From assembly GCA_000004985.1 (NCBI GenBank), contig GG738857.1: DNA of 64,000 nt; one strand, given 5' to 3'. Below, piece after piece: positions 30,960 through 44,227 of this stretch. The position numbers and the translations under genes are program-made. Source of the DNA: Naegleria gruberi (lineage: Eukaryota). Under the pieces are notes generated by a model. The model ran no database searches. It was not told the DNA's origin and was given only the letters and a program-made list of their open reading frames with translations. The stretch's first letter is position 1, and each line of letters opens with the position of its first letter.

Positions 30960-32269
30960 CTTGCATTTTCTTTGTTCAATTTAAATAGCAAATAAATAAA
31001 TTCTCTATCTTTTTTAAATGATGAATCAACATATTTAAGTGCCAATATATCTTGTTTAACAGCTTCCGAAACAACTTCTCTATCTTTTTTAAATGATGAA
31101 TCAGCATATCTAAGTGTTGATCCATGTTGTTTAACAGTTTCCAATATAAATTCTCTATCTTTTTTCAATAATGAATCAGCATATTCAAGTGCTCGTACAT
31201 TTTGTTTAACAGCTTCCAATATAATTTCTCTATCTTTTTTAAATGATGAATCAGCATATTCAAGTGCCAATCCATTTTGTTTAACAGCTTCCAATATAAT
31301 TTCTCTATCGTTTTTAAATGATGAATCAGCATATTCAAGTGCCAACCCATTTTGTTTAACAGCTTCCAATATAAATTCTCTATCTTTTTTAAATGATGAA
31401 TCAGCATATTCAAGTGCCAATCCATTTTGTTTAACAGCTTCCAATATAATTTCTCTATCTTTTTTAAATGATGAATCAGCATATTCAAGTGCTCGTACAT
31501 TTTGTTTAACAGCTTCCAATATAATTTCTCTATCTTTTTTAAATGATAAATCAGCATATTGAAGTGCTCGTCCATGTTGCTTAACAGCTTCCAATATAAA
31601 TTCTCTATCTTTTAGAAATGATGAATCAGCATATTTAAGTGCATACCCATCTTGTTTAACAGCTTCCAATATAAATTCTCTATCTTTTTTAAATGATGAA
31701 TCAGCATATTTAAGTGCATATCCATTTTGTTTAACAGCTTCCAATATAAATTCTCTATCTTTTTTAAATGATGAATCAGCATATTTAAGTGCCAATTCAT
31801 TTTGTTTAACAGCTTCCAATATAATTTCTCTATCTTTTTTAAATGATGAATCAGCATATTCAAGTGCCCATCCATTTTGTTTAACAGCTTCCAATATAAT
31901 TTCTCTATCTTTTTTAAATGATTAATCAGCATATTCAAGTGCCCACCCATTTTGTTTAACAGCTTCCAATACAATTTCTCTATCTTTTTTAAATGATGAA
32001 TCAGCATATTGAAGTGCCCATCCATTTTGTTTAACAGCTTCCAATATAAATTCTCTATCTTTTTTAAATGATGAATCAGCATATTCAATTGCATATCCAC
32101 GTCGTTTAACGGATTCCAATACAATTTCTCTATCTTTTTTAAATGATAAATCAGCATATTCAAGTGCCAATCCATGTTGTTTAACAGCTTCCAATACAAT
32201 TTCTCTATCTTTTTTCAAAGATGAATCAGCATATTTAAGTGCATATCCATTTTGTTTAACATATTCCAA
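30960..32269 (-). repeat. Tandem 75-bp coding repeat array (DUF4116-like), copy C.
   Basis: Same 75-bp unit as 20690..22456. The +1 frame of the same strand is open for 195 and 136 codons (ORFs 31612..32199 and 31165..31575). Confidence 0.8.
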
Positions 32270-32580
32270 TACATATTTCCTATCGGCCTATTGTTGTAAT
32301 CATGAATCATCACATCAATAAAAATAATTATTTCCACCACACAGCAACAAATACCAACCCACTCGTTTTTGTTCATTTTTTTAAAGCTATTCTCGCCCAT
32401 CACATTCCGAATCAACCATCAAGATGATTTTTACCACCAAAAAAGAACAGTTTCAATTATTACAGATGGGTTTTTTTATTATTGGATAGATACGTTCTAT
32501 TTACAAGTTGAAAAAAAAATTCTCAATTTCTCTCAGTTATATGGTAGTTATATGATTACATTTCATTTCACATTAGATTA

Positions 32581-33010
32581 CTAATAAGTATTCATGACTA
32601 TGCGAGTAGCATCAGTACTCGATGGAATAACCATTTTTCGCTTCTGTCTCGTTTTTACAAGATATTGTTTTTTTGGGGGGAGAGTTAGATTGGTAGAATG
32701 AGTTCGAAGACATGGTCTCAAAGCTTGATATTCGTCTTCCATGATATCTTCCAAATCGAGAAGTTGATTGCTGGCAGTTGAAAAGAATGTGTCGTGGTGT
32801 GAGTTGTGGTGGTGGTGTGGATGGTGATGATTCATGGTTGGTAGTTTATTAGAGTTATTGAAGAGGAGGGAGCAGAGATTGTTTTCGAGATTAGAATTAC
32901 TTTCAGCGAATAGGGAATGATTATTCGATTGATGATAGTGGTGATGATGTGCAAGGTGTTGTGTGTTTGAATTACTAGTAGTGTTAGTAGTAATTGAAGG
33001 TTTGAACATT
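32581..33010 (-). CDS. Small His/Asn-rich low-complexity protein (~142 aa), hypothetical. Coding status uncertain.
   Basis: ATG at 33010 (MFKPSITTNTTSNSNTQHLAHHHHYHQSNNH...HHHPHHHHNSHH...). No domain recognised. Lies between kinase copy C and the TARBP1-like gene. Confidence 0.3.
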
Positions 33011-33254
33011 TTATTTTCAAATTTCAAAGAAAACAAGAGTCAATTCGAATAAGTAAGCATTAACGTGACCGTTATTTATGGTCAAGGAGATGGTTGAAGA
33101 AATCTCTATGATGTTTCTCCTCGTGTAAATGTATCTTCAATTTCGTTGGAACCCAAACGATTCTTTCTTCCACAACCTAAATTTCCACTTTCCAATCATT
33201 GGATCATATTGGCCTTTAAAACACTTGCGTAAATTATACAAATTTGTTAATTTT

Positions 33255-36200
33255 CTATTTACGTCTTAAAAATTGCTCAGTGTATCTATAAATCATAATG
33301 GATGCACTCACATGCACATTCAAACTTCTTAATACACCCAACTGTGGAATTTCTACACAGGTATCCATCAATGACAGTAATTCAGGTGGCATGCCTTCCT
33401 TTTCATTCCCCAAACATATACAGCATCTTTCTGGGAATTCGTAATCTGGTAACATAACAGATGTGCTGGTTTGTTCTAGGCCTACGATTGTGTATCCCTC
33501 TTGTCTCTTTTGGGAAAGATATTGAGCAAGTTCTGTTGGTGGACAAGCTTCCACTGGAATCCAATGCTCGGCGCTCACAGAGATGGATTTAAACTCTTCC
33601 ATTTCCACCACGTTCATATGAGGTAAAACTAGTTTTTCAGCACTGAAAATTTCACAAGTTCTTGCAAGACCAGCCAAGTTGGGAATCTTGTCAATGAGTG
33701 AGGCAATAACAATGATAGATTGTCTCTTTCCGTTCTTGTGTTGGAGGAGAGATCTTGGATTGAGTTCATTTTGAATTTCCATCTCTGACCAAGGAACGAA
33801 TTTGGTTTGGAAGTTGAGAGTGGTGTTATCATCATCTTCAGAATGATTGTTTTCCTCATCTTCATTGTTTGTTGGCTCTCCCATTTGAACAATTTCCATT
33901 TCCGAATTATCAGTCAAGCCAAACTTGACGCGAAACTTGTCGATAATAGATGAATCGAATACACTTGCAATTCCCTTGAAAAACATGGTACTTGGATTCT
34001 TTCGTTCCTCAGCAGATTTTGATGGAGCTAAAAAGTCACTTGCCCATTCCTTGACCATTTTATCAGCCACATGAGAAACCACAGCTGATGCGGTAAAATC
34101 ATCAATAGATCCCAATGTTGGAATAACTTGTTCACGTTTCAACAATGGTTCCATAATTGCTGTCATACTACTAACACCAAATTGAGGTGTAAATAATTTG
34201 TCAACCAAGAGTGATGTCTTTGTAATACCATGACCAGTCAAGTAGAAGAGTGAATAGATAATCAAATCAAAATTGTCCTTAATTCCTCTCATATGATCAA
34301 TATTAGGATTGTCATTGATAAGACTAGTTCCTTCATAATAATAACTGAGATATAATTGCTGGGTGCTTTTAACAGGATCTACAACAATCAAGCTCTCATA
34401 CTTGCTCAACCACTTTTGAATATTTTGAGCAGAGTGTAAGAATTGATAGACTTGTTTCAAGAGTTCATTATTCTTCAAGATTTCTTGGCCTCTCTTGTTG
34501 GACATTTCTTCCATTCTATAAAGGACATTTCTCAACATGATATGTGTAATAACTCTAACAGTGTGATGATTAGAAGTGGCGTAGACAAACAATCCATTCA
34601 ACAACAAGGTAAGCCAGGTTTCCTTTTCAATATTCGAATCACTCAACAATAAATCTTCTGATGCATAAATGAGTACATTACCAACCAGTGAGACAACGGA
34701 ACCAATGTATTGTTGTCTCTGGTTAATATCCTCCCTCAAGTGATGCAACAGAGATTTGATGCCCATAGCTGGGAATTTGAGCAAAAGAACAAGAGCAAAC
34801 AATTCTTGAATCTTTCTTACAGATGGTGGATTATCTGAAAAGACGCAAGTCCAAACTCTACCCGTTCCATCCTCATCTAAAAGCTTCAAATCTTGAAGCA
34901 TTTCAAAATCAATCTTTGGAGCAAGAATTCCAAGCAATTGCCAAATACGAAGCTTTTTGTAATGCTTTGGAGATCCAGGCATACATGATTGTTTCTTCAT
35001 GTAGAATGATGAAATGTTAATATCAATAAGACTATCTGTCAATGCATAAAGGAATGATCTATCGAGAGTGGCATCAATCGAGTCAGCCATATAAAACATG
35101 GCAACTCTCAAAATCTTGACTGCATGGAACATTGAAGTGTAGAGTAGATTTCTACTGTAATTTGGTTTCTCTTGACTGAGAGCAAGGAATGACTTGAAAC
35201 CCTTCTCAGTTTCCTCATACTCGTCATCTTCAGAAACTTCTGGACAATAAAAGATAAGAGTCATGAAATCGTTCAACAAGTGCTTTCTGGATTGATCCCC
35301 TTGATAGTCTCTCCATTGCTTGGAACCCAACAATTTGATGAATTGTAATCCTAGAATGGTTCCTACCTTTACAACAGTCTTGGAATATTCATTAATAATC
35401 TTTTCAAAGAGTTGGGAAATTCCCAATTCAGCATACAATGAAGCATCCTTACAAATTTCAAAATCTAACATTATTTCAAAGAAGGATGCAATATTAACAT
35501 GTTCATTGGTGTATCTGTGTCCGTGAGAACCTCCTTCTGATCCTGTTGAGCCTTTCAAAATTCCCCAAGTACTATTAATGATCTTCTTGAGTTGGCTAGA
35601 TGAAATAAAGTCCATTCCCAATCTGTTTTGTACTAACATGTGATGAACAACATATTTCAATGCATTAACAACAAGGATGGTTGATTCGTTGGACATTATA
35701 TCCAAACAATCAATGCAATGTTCCAAAAATTGTGTGCATTCCTCCTTGCTGGCAAGCAATTCGCTAATCTTGGCATTTTCAACCTTGAGTGGTTGATGGA
35801 AGATGAGTGCAGCTAACGACTCCAAGCTTCCCCACTTCATATCAGAAATGCAGGCAATTAAAAAGTTTGGCTTCATGAGTGTAGTATCCAATTCTTCGTT
35901 CAACAATTGTTTGTATCCATACGAGCTGGATTTGATGGCATAGTAAGAGATGGAAGGCAATACATTGAACAGTTGCATGATTTGTTCTCCACTCCTAGTA
36001 AATGTCACAGCGAGGGCCAAGAATTTACAAACACACAAAGCCCTCAAAGTAATATTATTCACAAAGAGTGTGGCAGCACCAAAGTGTTGATTTCTCAATT
36101 CTCCTTCCTCTGAATCTCTTACAACAGTGTTTACAATGCTCTCAATCAAATCTTGTGAATGTAAACTGAAATAATTCAAGACTGAATTGTGCAATAGATT

Positions 36201-39200
36201 AATAATTGGCAAAAGGGACTCTCTTTCAAAGTATGCAAAATTGTCCTTATTCTTGAAAGCCATTTGTGAAATGGAAAGAAGAGCATTGATAAGGTTTTTA
36301 AATCTCTCATAGGAAGAGTACATGAAAATGGAATTATTTCCCTCTCTGAGAATTTGATGATAGGTCGACGAAATATCGCCCAAGCTAGTGCAAACTACAG
36401 ACATAATTTCCGATTTGATGTACATGACAACTTCTTCGAGAATACTTCTAGTGCAAAGGAGATTCATCAAGTTTTCTCTGAATAGAGCCAAGAGAATATT
36501 TTCTTCCTTGCAAGGACTATCTGCAAAGAGATTTGAGTTCAACAAGGAAGAAAGCAAATTCAAAAGTCTAATCTTGATAACAGGAGACATTTGGGTATGG
36601 GTATAAAGACTACCAAGTGTTCCAGCAAACTCACAACAATCAAACTTTAACAAGTTGCCAAGTTGCTGAGACATTTGATCCTTCTTCCAATCTATAAAGT
36701 ATAAAAGTGTAGCAAATCTTTCAGTGAAGAGATGAGCTTGAGTGTCTGATGTTGATTCATCAATAATCTTTCTCAAGAGACCTTGCATAAAGGATGTGAC
36801 ATGCTCTTGACTCTTACCTAACCAAGTTCTGATTTTTCTGGTAGTATCTGGATCTGAAAGATAGGCCAATGGATCAACACATGCTGCACTGCAGAAGAAC
36901 CTTCCCAGAATTTCCATGGTTTGTTCCGAATCCTCCTTACACATCTTTTCAAAACTAAAGCAATTTAAAATGATTTCCAAAGAGGTACTGTACATTCTCA
37001 GTTTCAACCAAAGACTTTGCTCAGGCACTTGTTGTAAGATAATCTTGTCCACAAGAAGAGCCAATTCTTCAACGCTTAAAATTTCCTCCTCACTCAATTT
37101 GAGTCTCGCAAGAATGATCAAGAAGTAGGATGTTGCAATTCTGGACCATCTAGTGGAGCCAAAATTTGTCAGGAAGGTGCAAATGCTCGACTTGTATTCA
37201 TCTATGCCCAGAGATTTACAAGCATTGAAATATGCTTCAAAAAAGAGGAAAATCTTCTCTCCAATATTATCCTTCTTGGTGGTGTAGAGTTTGCAATTTG
37301 AAGCACACTCCATGAATGATCCACAAATGAATGTATTATCCAATAGTAAATTCTTTCTCAACAAGGTATTTTCAAATTGAACCATGACATAATCTTGGAT
37401 GGTCTTGTAGGCATCAAGCATTGAGTGAACAGCCAATTTTACAACACCAAGATTGGCGTGAGTCATTGCTCTAATCCACAAAATCTTGACAAATCTCTGA
37501 TCAATGAAATAATTGTAATTTCTATCAGTTCCTTGTTTTGGCATGAGGTCAAAAACTAATCCCCAAACTGGGGTAATCAAGTGAATGGAGTGATTTCCTA
37601 GTGTTTCATAAATCATGAAAAATGTTTTCCATTGGTGTTGAAGAGAATCGTGGAGCTTGATCTCTACAATTTCTTCCTTAGGTCCTTTCTTGGCTTTTTT
37701 CTTCTTGGATTCTGTTTCCTTTGTCTTTTCAATTACATCCTTCGACACGAAAGGAGAGGACAAGTAGGAGGATATTGGTTCGGAATGTGAAATGTATGGA
37801 TAATTATTGGTGGTATCGAGAATGATTCTCTTGAGCAAGAATAGAGCTCTCTTTCCTGTAAAGTTTTCAGCATGCCACACAAGACATTCAGCAATGCTTT
37901 CCCACAACCACTCACAGGTTCTCATATCGACAATGAAGGAGTTTCCTTCAATTCTGAAAAATTCATCATACCACTGGCACAATAACATGTAAGATTCTTG
38001 AAGTAATTGATCGAACAGGGATTTTCTACTGGCCTTATCAACGAGAAGTGGAATGGAATTGTCAAGCTTTCCAGATTGATTCATTATTTGAATGAGGTCC
38101 AATATTTGGGTTAAATGTTCTCGGCTAGCTGCAGTCACAAAGTGTGGCATTAAATTTAAAAAGCAACATTTTCTCAAATGTTCGGCAACCTTCAAATCAA
38201 TCCTCCACATGGAAAAGGAAGTCAATGTAATTCCAAATCTCAAAACTCCTCTCTTTTCAATCATAATGTCGAATAATTCATTTCCAAACTGTTTCACAAC
38301 CTCATTGGAAGATAATTTTTCCTCATCCAACAAGTACTTAGAAAAGAGCATGACATTTTCCAATGTCAACTCATCCACCAATGATGATGAAGATTCATCT
38401 TCCAACAAGATTCCTCTCTTTAGTGATGCCGTACAAAACTTGAGTAAATCAAAATTGCCACTTGAATGATCCCTCATGAAACGAATGATAATTTGAAGAG
38501 CAGTGGCTTGTATCTTCTTATTCAATCGAACGGCCAACATGGCAGAAGTCTTCTTTTCGTTATAAATTGTCAATTCCTCTTGTGATAAAGACAATTCTGT
38601 ATGATGATTAACTGGTGAAGATAAAGATGATGATGATGAATGATAGGAAGGGAACAAAATTGTACTGCAAACATGTTCAATAAAGAAGGCTTGATGCTTA
38701 GCAATACTTTCCTTCAATCGTTCCTCCTTCATATAACAACTAGTATCCAATTGTAATTGTTCAAAGAGAACATCCAAAGTTGCAAGGCTATAATAAATTA
38801 ATTCAATTGTTTTGTTTGATGAGGCCGAGGATGGAATTTGCCATGATAATGATGAAGAATTTGTATTGTTACTATTGTTCAATATTGTTGTTGTTATTGT
38901 TGGAGTTTCTACAGCAACAGCCAATGATACTAATTGTTCTAAAACTCCATCATATTCCTTCAGCAGTATTTGTTCTAATAATTTGTAAAGGTCTTGTCCC
39001 GAAAACTATCCACACATGTGAGAATTAATAATAAATAACAATGATGATAATGAAGATAATAATTGTTTGATAACACCAAATTAAATAATATAATATGATG
39101 ATGATGATGATGATGAAGATAATGGAAAGATAATAATTTGTTGTTGGAAAAAAGTGCTCGTGATGAATAAAACCTACCATCAACAAGTTGAGAATAAAAT

Positions 39201-39306
39201 CCTTTCGGATGGTCTTTCCTTGATAAATACCATCTTGAAGTTCATTGTTTTGTTTATCTTCTTCTTGTTGGGAACAGAGTTGAAACAAACGTTCAACAAA
39301 AAACAT
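33255..39306 (-). CDS. TARBP1/Trm3-like large protein with a C-terminal SpoU (TrmH-family, SPOUT) 2'-O-ribose methyltransferase domain. Two exons: 39306..39178 and 39005..33255 (~1959 aa).
   Basis: The C-terminal 170 aa match SpoU motifs: IVIASLIDKIPNLAGLARTCEIFSAEKLVL (motif 1), GYTIVGLEQTSTSV, CLGNEKEGMPPELLSLMDTCVEIPQLGVLRSLNVHVSASIMIYRY (motifs 2-3). The long ORF has no in-frame ATG between an upstream TAG and its TTG start at 38924. An upstream ATG at 39306 (MFFVERLFQLCSQQEEDKQNNELQDGIYQGKTIRKDFILNLLM) ends at a GTAGGT donor at 39177. The acceptor ...ttctcacatgtgtggatag at 39006 joins phase 0 to FSGQDLYKLLEQILLKEYDGVLEQLVSLAVAVETP. The 172-nt intron contains a (gat)n tract. Confidence 0.55.
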
Positions 39307-39739
39307 TTTTTTTCAAAATTCTGTTTGAATTTATTATTAAAAATTATTAAAAGTAATCCAGCAAAATTTTGCCAATAGTTAACACTTAGTTGGTTTCCTT
39401 AACCCTAACATAATAATATCTGTTCATGATTTCATCACTTGATGCGAAGGTTTGTTTTTTTTTTATTAAAAAATAAAAAATTAAATTACAAATTTTAACG
39501 GTAACTTTAAGCACACATTCTATTACAAGCAACAATAAAAGATTTTCTTTTCCAAATGAGACGTCAGAGCATGATGACACATTCATAAAAGTGATGATTC
39601 ATTATAATGTGTGAAAATCGAAACACAAGGACTTTACTTTTATAATCGATAATTAGTAATGATGGCATGATTTTAATGCCCAGTTGACCAATAAATTTCA
39701 CAATTCGGATAAAGTTTCTTCCTCAAGAATCTTAAAAAA

Positions 39740-42700
39740 ATGGATCATCGTCTTATCATGTGGATATGCTCACTAGGTTTCGTCTTACTTCTTCTGACAC
39801 AAACAGTTGCTGCAGTTGAAGTTTCGTATAACATTTCATTACTAGTAGGTGGTGGTAATCAATATGGAGATGGTTTGCCAGCTGATAAAATCAATCTCTA
39901 CAACCCAACAGCAATAGCTTTCAACTCCAGAGGAGACATGTATGTGGTCGATGCACAACTCCAAGTTATTCGAAAGATAGCAAAAGATGGAATCACCACA
40001 ACCATTGCAGGATTTCCACAAGATGCTGGTTACAATGGGGATAACATTCTAGCAAACAAAGCCAAGTTAAATTATCCTCGAGGTGTTGCGGTGAATGAAA
40101 ATGATGAGATTTTCATTTCTGATAGTGGCAATTACAGAATACGAAAGATTTCAAATAGTGGTATTATATCAACTGTGGCAGGAACTGGGGAGAATGGTTT
40201 TATGGATCATGTACTGGCTATTAACGGCAAGTTTGGAAATCCATCACATTTGCTTTATACGAATAGTACTCTCTATATCAATGACCAATCGAATAACAAG
40301 ATTAGAAAGTTGGATTTCACAACAGGCTCACTCTCAACAGTCGAAACCTATCCATTAGGAAAGAGTTCAAATGGCAAGGATTACTACTTTGCCAACTTTG
40401 CAGGTGTCATTACCAAGTTAGATTCGAATAGTGGAAATAGCACAAAAATTGGCTCAGAACTCTCACCAAATCTCTCCAGCTTTATTCAATACAGTTCTCA
40501 ATTGGACTGCTTCTTCTATTCCATCTATTCCGATTATAAGGTCTATAGACAATCTTTGACAGGAGTTGTCTCAACATTTGCTGGTTCCAATGAAAATTCT
40601 GGAAATATTGCAAATTTCAGTGGAGAGGGAAATCTTGCAGTGAATGCAACAATTGGTTCTCCAGCTGGTCTTTTGATTCGTGATGGATATTTGTATGTTG
40701 CCATGCAGACGAATAGTAGAATTGGGAGAGTGGAGCTCAGTAGTGGGATAATTACGACATTTGCAGGAGTGGATGCTAATAGTATGTTTGAAGGGGTGTT
40801 TGGAAATGCTACCTATTTATCAGATTCATCAGTTAGAAATATGGTATTCGAAACTGAAAGTTCCGTTTATTTTAGTGAATCAAACAAAATTCGAATGATT
40901 GATAAGAGAACGAGCTTGATCCGAACAATAGTCAAAACTTCTTCAGCTATCGAGTGTTTTACCTATTTCAATAATACTCTCTACTTGGTAATCAATTATG
41001 CAACCATATATAGAGTGGATTCGAATAATTCTTCTTTGCATCACTTTGCTGGTTCATTAGGAACTATTGTACAGAATCGACCTGCACTTGGAGTACAATT
41101 CATGCCAAAGGGCATATCATTCAATCAGAAAACCGGTGATTTATATGTGTCAGATTCTTTACAACATATCATTTCCAAAATTACTAAAAATGGTCAACTT
41201 TCAGTTATTGCAGGTAGTGTCAGTAATCCAGGATTTAGTGGAGATAATCAATTGGCAATTAATAGTCTACTCTATAGTCCACAAGACATTGTCGTCAATT
41301 CACAAAGCGGTGAAATCTTCTTTGTGGATGCATCGAATCAGAAGATTCGTAAAATAGATTCGAATGGAATTATTTCTACTCTAATAAGTGTTTCTTATCC
41401 TGAACATATGGAAATTAATCCATCAACAAACGAACTCTACATTGCATATGGTTGCAGAATTGTCAAATTTTCTGCTGTTAATGGAACCATGACAGGAATT
41501 CTTGCTGGAACTGGAGCAGCTTGTGCATATAATGGAGATAACATTCCAGCAATTAATGCACAGATAAAAGTTGACGGGATGACCATTAATTCCAATGGAG
41601 AAGTTTTCTTCATTTCAGAGGGTTCAAGGATTCGTAAAATTGATTCGAATGGAATTATTTCGACCATTGCAGGAACTGGAACTCTTGGTTACAATGGCGA
41701 TAATATTCCAGCAGTTACAAGTCAATTAAATAATCCTACTGGTATAGCAATTAGTCCAACAACTGGTGAAGTATTCATTTCGGATACAACTAATCTTAGA
41801 ATTAGAAAAATAGATTCGAAAGGCATAATTTCAACCATTGCTGGTACAGGAACTCTTGGTTACAATGGAGAAAATGTAGTTGCCACCAATGCTGACCTCT
41901 ATCATCCATCTGGTCTTTCATTCTTCAATGGAGAGCTCTATTTTGTTGCATATGATAGAATTCGAAAGGTTTCGACTGAGAATCTAGTTTCTACAATTGC
42001 AGGTGGAGACGGAGATGGAGGACCAGCACAATACTCAAATCTAGAACAGGTGAGATTCATGACCATGTCCAACTTGGGAGAAATGTTCATGGCTACTGGA
42101 AACAGAATACGAAAGATATCCACAACAGGTATCATTTCAACTGTGGCAGGAATGATTTATAATTTCGGATATAATGGAGATAGAAAGATTGCTACCACTG
42201 CCCACTTGTGGAATCCGATTGGAATTTCCCTTAATAGTGAAGGAGAAGTTTATATTGCAGGTATGTGATATTCGAAAGTCAAGTTTAATTTATTTTTATA
42301 ATAATTTGATTAGATTTGAGCAATCATAGAATTCGAAAGGTTTCCAAGAGTGGAATAATTTCGACAATTGCTGGATTAGGAGCTGCTGGATATATCGATA
42401 ACGTACTCGCAACAGAAAGTCAACTAAATGCACCGAAAGGAGTTGTTGTTGCCCCAAGTGGTGAGGTGTTTATTGCAGATTCGAATAATAACAAAGTTCG
42501 TAAAATATCAACGAGTGGAATAATTTCTACAATTGCAGGAGGTGGAAGCATTGGTTTAACCGCTGAAACTCAATTGGCCACTTTGACAAAACTTACAGAA
42601 CCAAGCTCTGTAAATGTAAATTCCAATGGAGAAGTGTTAATATTTGATAGGAATAGTATTAGAAAATTATTACCTTTGGCCATAACCTGTTTTGGTAAAT

Positions 42701-44037
42701 TTGATTCAGAAGCATGTTCTGGAAAAGGAAAATGCATATCCTACGACAAGTGCGCTTGTTCAATAGAATCAGGATCTTCAACCTATTATGGACCTATTTG
42801 TGAAAAGTTTGATTGTAATGGAAAACCAATGAATGAATCAGGTGTGTGCTCTGGAAGAGGAAAATGTCTTTCACCAAATTCATGCTCGTGTCTGGATGGA
42901 TTTTATGGTTCCAATTGTGAGAATAGTTTGGTAACGCCTGGAACTAGTCGACAGGTAGCAACGAGTGAAAAGACAATTGGGCAGGATAATACTTTGGTTA
43001 TTGTGTTGGCTATTATCATTCCAATTATATTCATTGCCTTGATTGTTGTCATTGTTTTGGTCATTGTTGCAGTTGTGTTTTTCAAAAGAAAGCAGACGAA
43101 AGCAGGAAAATCTGGTTATCAAACAAAGGCCAACACTGAGCTAGAAACCTTTACAATTCCAGATTTTCCCTCAGAGGGAAGTTTATTTCTTCAACCCTTA
43201 ATGAGTATTTCGAGTACTGGTAAGAAGGAAGAGCCATTCAATCCACTCTCTAGATATTCCAACTTGGAGAAGGTGGGCCAAGGAAGTTTCGGCAATGTTT
43301 TCAAGGCATTTGATGAGAAAACCAAAACCACAAAAGCTATTAAGGTAATCAAATATTCAAACATTGATGAGTTGAACAATTTCATGAGAGAGGGAGCTCA
43401 ACTAATGAACGTCAATCATCCTAATATTCTGAAAGTGAATGAGTTTTTTATTGGACAGGATCAAATGTTGTGTATTGACACTGATTTTTATGAGAAGGGA
43501 GATTTGGTGAGATTGACCAACATTGATTTTGATTGTTCTGAAAAACTATTGAAGGAAATAATTCATCAAACATGTAAGGCATTAGATTATATTCATTGTA
43601 CCATGAATGTCATTCACAGAGATATCAAACCATCAAATATTTTCATTAAGAGTTTGGAGAATGATAGCATCCACCTCATTATCGCAGATTTTGGATTGGC
43701 CAAGTCAAATATGGCCTCAGTGATGCATTCATTTGCTGGAACTCCACTTTTTATGAGTCCAGAATTGGGATTTGGTGGAAAATATTACCACAATACAGAT
43801 GTTTACTCGTTGGGAGTAACTCTGTATCAGATAATGACAAAGGATACAGTGACATCTATTAGTCAACTCTACGTTTCAAAGGATCAAGAAACTGTAACTC
43901 AAATTCTTAGAAAAAAGATGAAGGAAGCAGAGTTATATTCTGATAAGGTAATCAATATTGTTTTATCAATGCTTTCTAAGGATAGTGTAACCAGACCTCA
44001 AGCTCAGGACATTTTGAATGATCCTTACTTTAGATAA
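39740..44037 (+). CDS. Receptor-like Ser/Thr protein kinase: signal peptide, ~20 NHL repeats (beta-propellers), Cys-rich EGF-like modules, a transmembrane helix and a canonical kinase domain. join(39740..42260,42314..44037), ~1414 aa.
   Basis: ATG at 39740 with signal peptide MDHRLIMWICSLGFVLLLLTQTVAAV. Repeats run EVFI(S/A)D..N.RIRKI(D/S).(N/S)GIISTIAG.G..GY.GD...A. ORF 1 ends GEVYIAG at a GTATGT donor at 42261. The acceptor tttgattag at 42313 rejoins phase 1 (g+at=Asp) and gives EVYIADLSNHRIRKVSKSGIISTIAG, which is itself a perfect NHL unit. Further downstream are C-x-C-rich EGF-like modules (CSGKGKCISYDKCAC...CSGRGKCLSPNSCSCLDGFYGSNCE) and the TM helix LVIVLAIIIPIIFIALIVVIVLVIVAVVFF. The kinase domain carries GQGSFG, AIKVIK, HRDIKPSN, DFGLAKS, SPE and DVYSLG. 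Confidence 0.75.
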
Positions 44038-44227
44038 AAAAGTAACAATTTTTCAACTGACTTTACAAAATGTAATTATTGTAAACTTTTAAAAATAAAT
44101 CTTCCTCCAGCAAATACTGGAAATCAAAAATCAAAAAAAATGAAGAATTGGTACGCGCCAAATGGTAAAACGGATGATGAAGAGAATGACCCCTTTAATA
44201 TTCATACTATGAAAGCTAGTTTATCGA

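Larger units (their letters stand above)
29466..32376 (-). pseudogene. Copy C of the DUF4116-repeat/atypical-kinase gene. It has a 50-N scaffold gap at 30807..30856, an in-frame TAA at ~31916-31918 (TCA>TAA), and ~17 or more repeats. Possibly still functional if both problems are assembly or sequencing artefacts.
   Basis: ORFs 29466..30806 (kinase and coiled coil), 30803..31894 and 31922..32269 (repeats) are collinear and ~95% identical to copy B. The conserved 5' block with ATGAACAAAAACGAGTGG is at 32376..32359. The sequence gctgattaatcattt replaces the unit's gctgattcatcattt. Confidence 0.6.
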
